64,000 nt of DNA, from assembly GCA_030704615.1 (NCBI GenBank), contig CM060731.1:10912001-10976000 (forward strand). Direction: 5' to 3'. This document shows positions 61,322 through 64,000 of this stretch, in pieces. Origin of the DNA: Takakia lepidozioides (lineage: Eukaryota > Plantae > Bryophyta). The notes beneath the pieces are model-generated. The model was not told where the DNA came from, ran no database searches, and saw only the letters and a list, made by a program, of their open reading frames with translations. The translations under genes and the position numbers were made by a program. Position 1 is the stretch's first letter; the number at the start of each line of letters is the position of its first letter.

Positions 61322-63850
61322 TCAGCCCTGAGGGCCTCTTGAGAACAATTTGGCAGGAAATGCAAGTTCTGGGGGTTTAGAGCGGGCGATGCCCAACTGT
61401 GAATCATAGTCATCAGATTGTTGGGCCCACTTTTTACGCTGCAACTTGTCAGTTTCAATCCCCTCCAAGCTTTTGAAATTCTCCTTGGCATGGATCTCTG
61501 CCAAACCCAAATAATTTTCAGCTGACTTGGCAATGAAGGTACGCTCCTCAGCTGTCAGCTGCCTCAAAAACTTGGCAGGAACCCCTGCCCATATCTGAAA
61601 TTCCAGCACAGCCCACCAGACAGAGAGAGAGACAGCCCAGGTGGACAAATCAAAGTCTGGGCCGGTGTATACATGGAAGCACTTACTAAATGGGAGCTAG
61701 CACCAAAACTGTCTGACCTCCAGAGATGATGGGAGGGAGAAATAGTGTCATCTGGAGAGCCATAAACCCCACAGAGAATGTGGAGTTGGGTGCTAGACAG
61801 CTGCCTAAAGCTAAGACAAGTAGGACTTGTCTTGTAGATAGCAATACTTCTGACCTTCCTGAGAAACACTTGAAATTCATGCCTTTGAGAAGTTCAGTGA
61901 AAACTACATGAGGATGATCTTGCCCCAGTAACAAACTAAACATCTTTTGGATACTTCGTCTCATCTATACAAGCCATTTCGACGCACCACCTCAACACGT
62001 ATTCATACATTGCAAAGACTGCACTGCTTTCAGGCTAGCCCAATGCTTGGTATATGCCTCCCTACAATTGGCCATGTTCTTAAGGCTTGCCCATTACATA
62101 TGGAGAACAAAACATTTTCAGTGTCATGTCGATACACTTGATTCTTCTGATTGTTCACTCTTAAGCAACATCCCCTCTGTAGCCTTACTCAACTTGGCTT
62201 AAACCTCCTCCACAGCGAGAGACAGAGAGAGGGGACAGACAGTACCTGGCCAGCTGGTATGCGGGTATGCTGAGTAACCAGAGCCCCAGCAGCAACCATG
62301 GCGCCCTTTTCCACAACCACCCCATCCAAAAGTGTGGCACCCATACCCACAAAAGCTTCATCCTCCACGGTGCAAGCATGCAGCACTGCATTGTGTGCTG
62401 CTCCCAGCCCCAAAATCTATTAGCGGCAGCAAGAGAGAAAAAAAAATACCACAAAAGAGGGAATGCATAATGAGCCCTTACCAACTGTGACTTTGTCGCC
62501 GATCATGGTGGGAGAAACGTTGCCGCTCACATTCGTTTTGGCAACATGCACTAATGTGTTGTCCTGAATGTTCGTCTCCGCCCCCACACTGATGCTGTTC
62601 ACATCACCTATCCCGAATCATGCCGGAAGTGTTATACAAAATGTTAAATTAATTTTCTGGGCTGCAGCCCTGCTGGTCCTAACAGTCTCAATAACAATAC
62701 AATATAGCCACTTGTCTACATCTTTATGCTCACTAGTATTATGTCGATGCCAGCCGTTCACACTGCATCCTTATGAAGGTGTCCGTGTATGACGAGTGTG
62801 CATGCACCATGGACAATTTGAGTTGAATTTCATACCTGGTCGCATAAGACATGTCCAGGAGGTTATTATGTGGGGACAATGCCTCTAAGGCTCTGTAATG
62901 GACATTTTCATAGGGATCCTGTCTGATATATGTTGCAAACTAGAGGCTTGGGCTAAAATGCCAACCTAGGATGCCCAGCAGGAGTCAAAGCCAGAACTCT
63001 CAAATCCCTGTATAGGCATTGCTATTGGCATGTGGACATGCTATGCCAATTTGGATTGACTTTCGCATAAATTGGTGGGCCAAAACGGAAAACGAGCTCC
63101 AGGAGCGATAGTATCCAAGAGAGGAAAATGTGGTCCCGGGTATGTCAGATCCAACTACGGTTGGATCGAAGGATTTGGTCCGAAGAGACCAATCAAACAT
63201 AAAGGGGAAAAGATGACTGAGACAACATTGTGTAAGGATTAAGAATTTGCTGACCTCGAAGCACACAGCCATACCAAATGGAAGATTTCTCCCCAATTTT
63301 GACATCACCAATGACAGCCGCACTGGGAGCGACGAACACATTGTCAGGAACCACGGGCGACTTCTCAAATAGGTTCACAAATGTTCGATGCCTTGACACT
63401 GCACAATCCCCAAGGCACACAAACAGACAGCATCACACGTGAAACCATGTAGACCCGGAAAATACCGCTCGATCAAAAAAACCAGGCCAGGCTACTACTC
63501 TCAAGCAACGATGGTGGAGTAATTTAGGTCAGCTTGTCACGGAACCCTACACTCAATTAAAAATCAGCACCTGCCCTGTCTCCCCACAATGCGTCTAGCG
63601 TATTCGTGATGACTAGAAAGTTTTAGGCCTAGTTACGGTGAACACCACTGTTTGAATTCTATCGTGAGCACACAGAGGTCTGATCGTCAGTGATTCCAGC
63701 TTCAAAACAGGGTAAGGAACAGGACTCATACACACATTCATCTTGGGTGGCGTAGGGCCCCTGCAAACGCGACCCCAGGCGATCTAGGGCTTGCCCTGTC
63801 TGCCGCACCACCGCTGCCACTGCATACAACGCTCTACCAAGCGTCCCCAT
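61322..63850 (-). CDS. GAMMACA: Mitochondrial gamma carbonic anhydrase (complex I CA domain); exons 63850-63736, 63398-63255, 62607-62482, 62397-62246, 61594-61322
   Basis: MGTLGRALY..TGQALDRLGSRLQG..SRHRT..FVAPSAAVIGDV..SSIWYGCVLRGDVNSI..TNIQDNTLVHVAK..HNAVLHACTVEDEAFVGMGATLLDG. The three Zn-ligand histidines are present. Confidence 0.96.
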
Positions 63851-64000
63851 CCCCTCCTCCTTGAAACCCAAACCCCCGATTGCCCTCACTGACAAACCAA
63901 CAATCTGATGACCTTCAAAGCACCTTCAAGCGTCTCTCTCTTCCTCTTCTCGGAGTACCAGAGGCGTGAGAATCCCGGGTCGGATATGTAATCATAACGC

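Overview
Nuclear DNA of a non-seed land plant, most consistent with a bryophyte. This is inferred from PLS-class PPR debris, a Phygy/Selgy-type gypsy RT and intron-rich plant genes. Positions 1-27 kb are a nested transposon graveyard. It holds an internally deleted piggyBac ending in GGG|TTAA, a PPR pseudogene, a rearranged non-chromoviral Ty3/gypsy array around one LTR with a PPT on one side and a PBS on the other, a long-TIR element, a CACTA end and a PIF/Harbinger pair. Positions 27-64 kb are gene-rich: CSN2 (12 exons, with a near full-length APE-RT LINE in intron 4), a family-1 UGT, a COMT-like O-methyltransferase, a chimeric DEAD-box/ABC1K pseudogene, a CURT1/CAAD-coiled-coil gene and a mitochondrial gamma carbonic anhydrase. 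Best novelty candidate: a spliced three-exon gene fragment (8126-9102, minus) whose N-terminal part resembles the SAM-binding half of a bacterial-type beta-class DNA amino (N4C/N6A) methyltransferase. It lies about 210 bp inside a putative DNA-transposon terminus. Second candidate: a LINE family that repeatedly inserts into (CT)-rich tracts, once twice at the same site. All family assignments are from motif recognition by eye; no database search was run.
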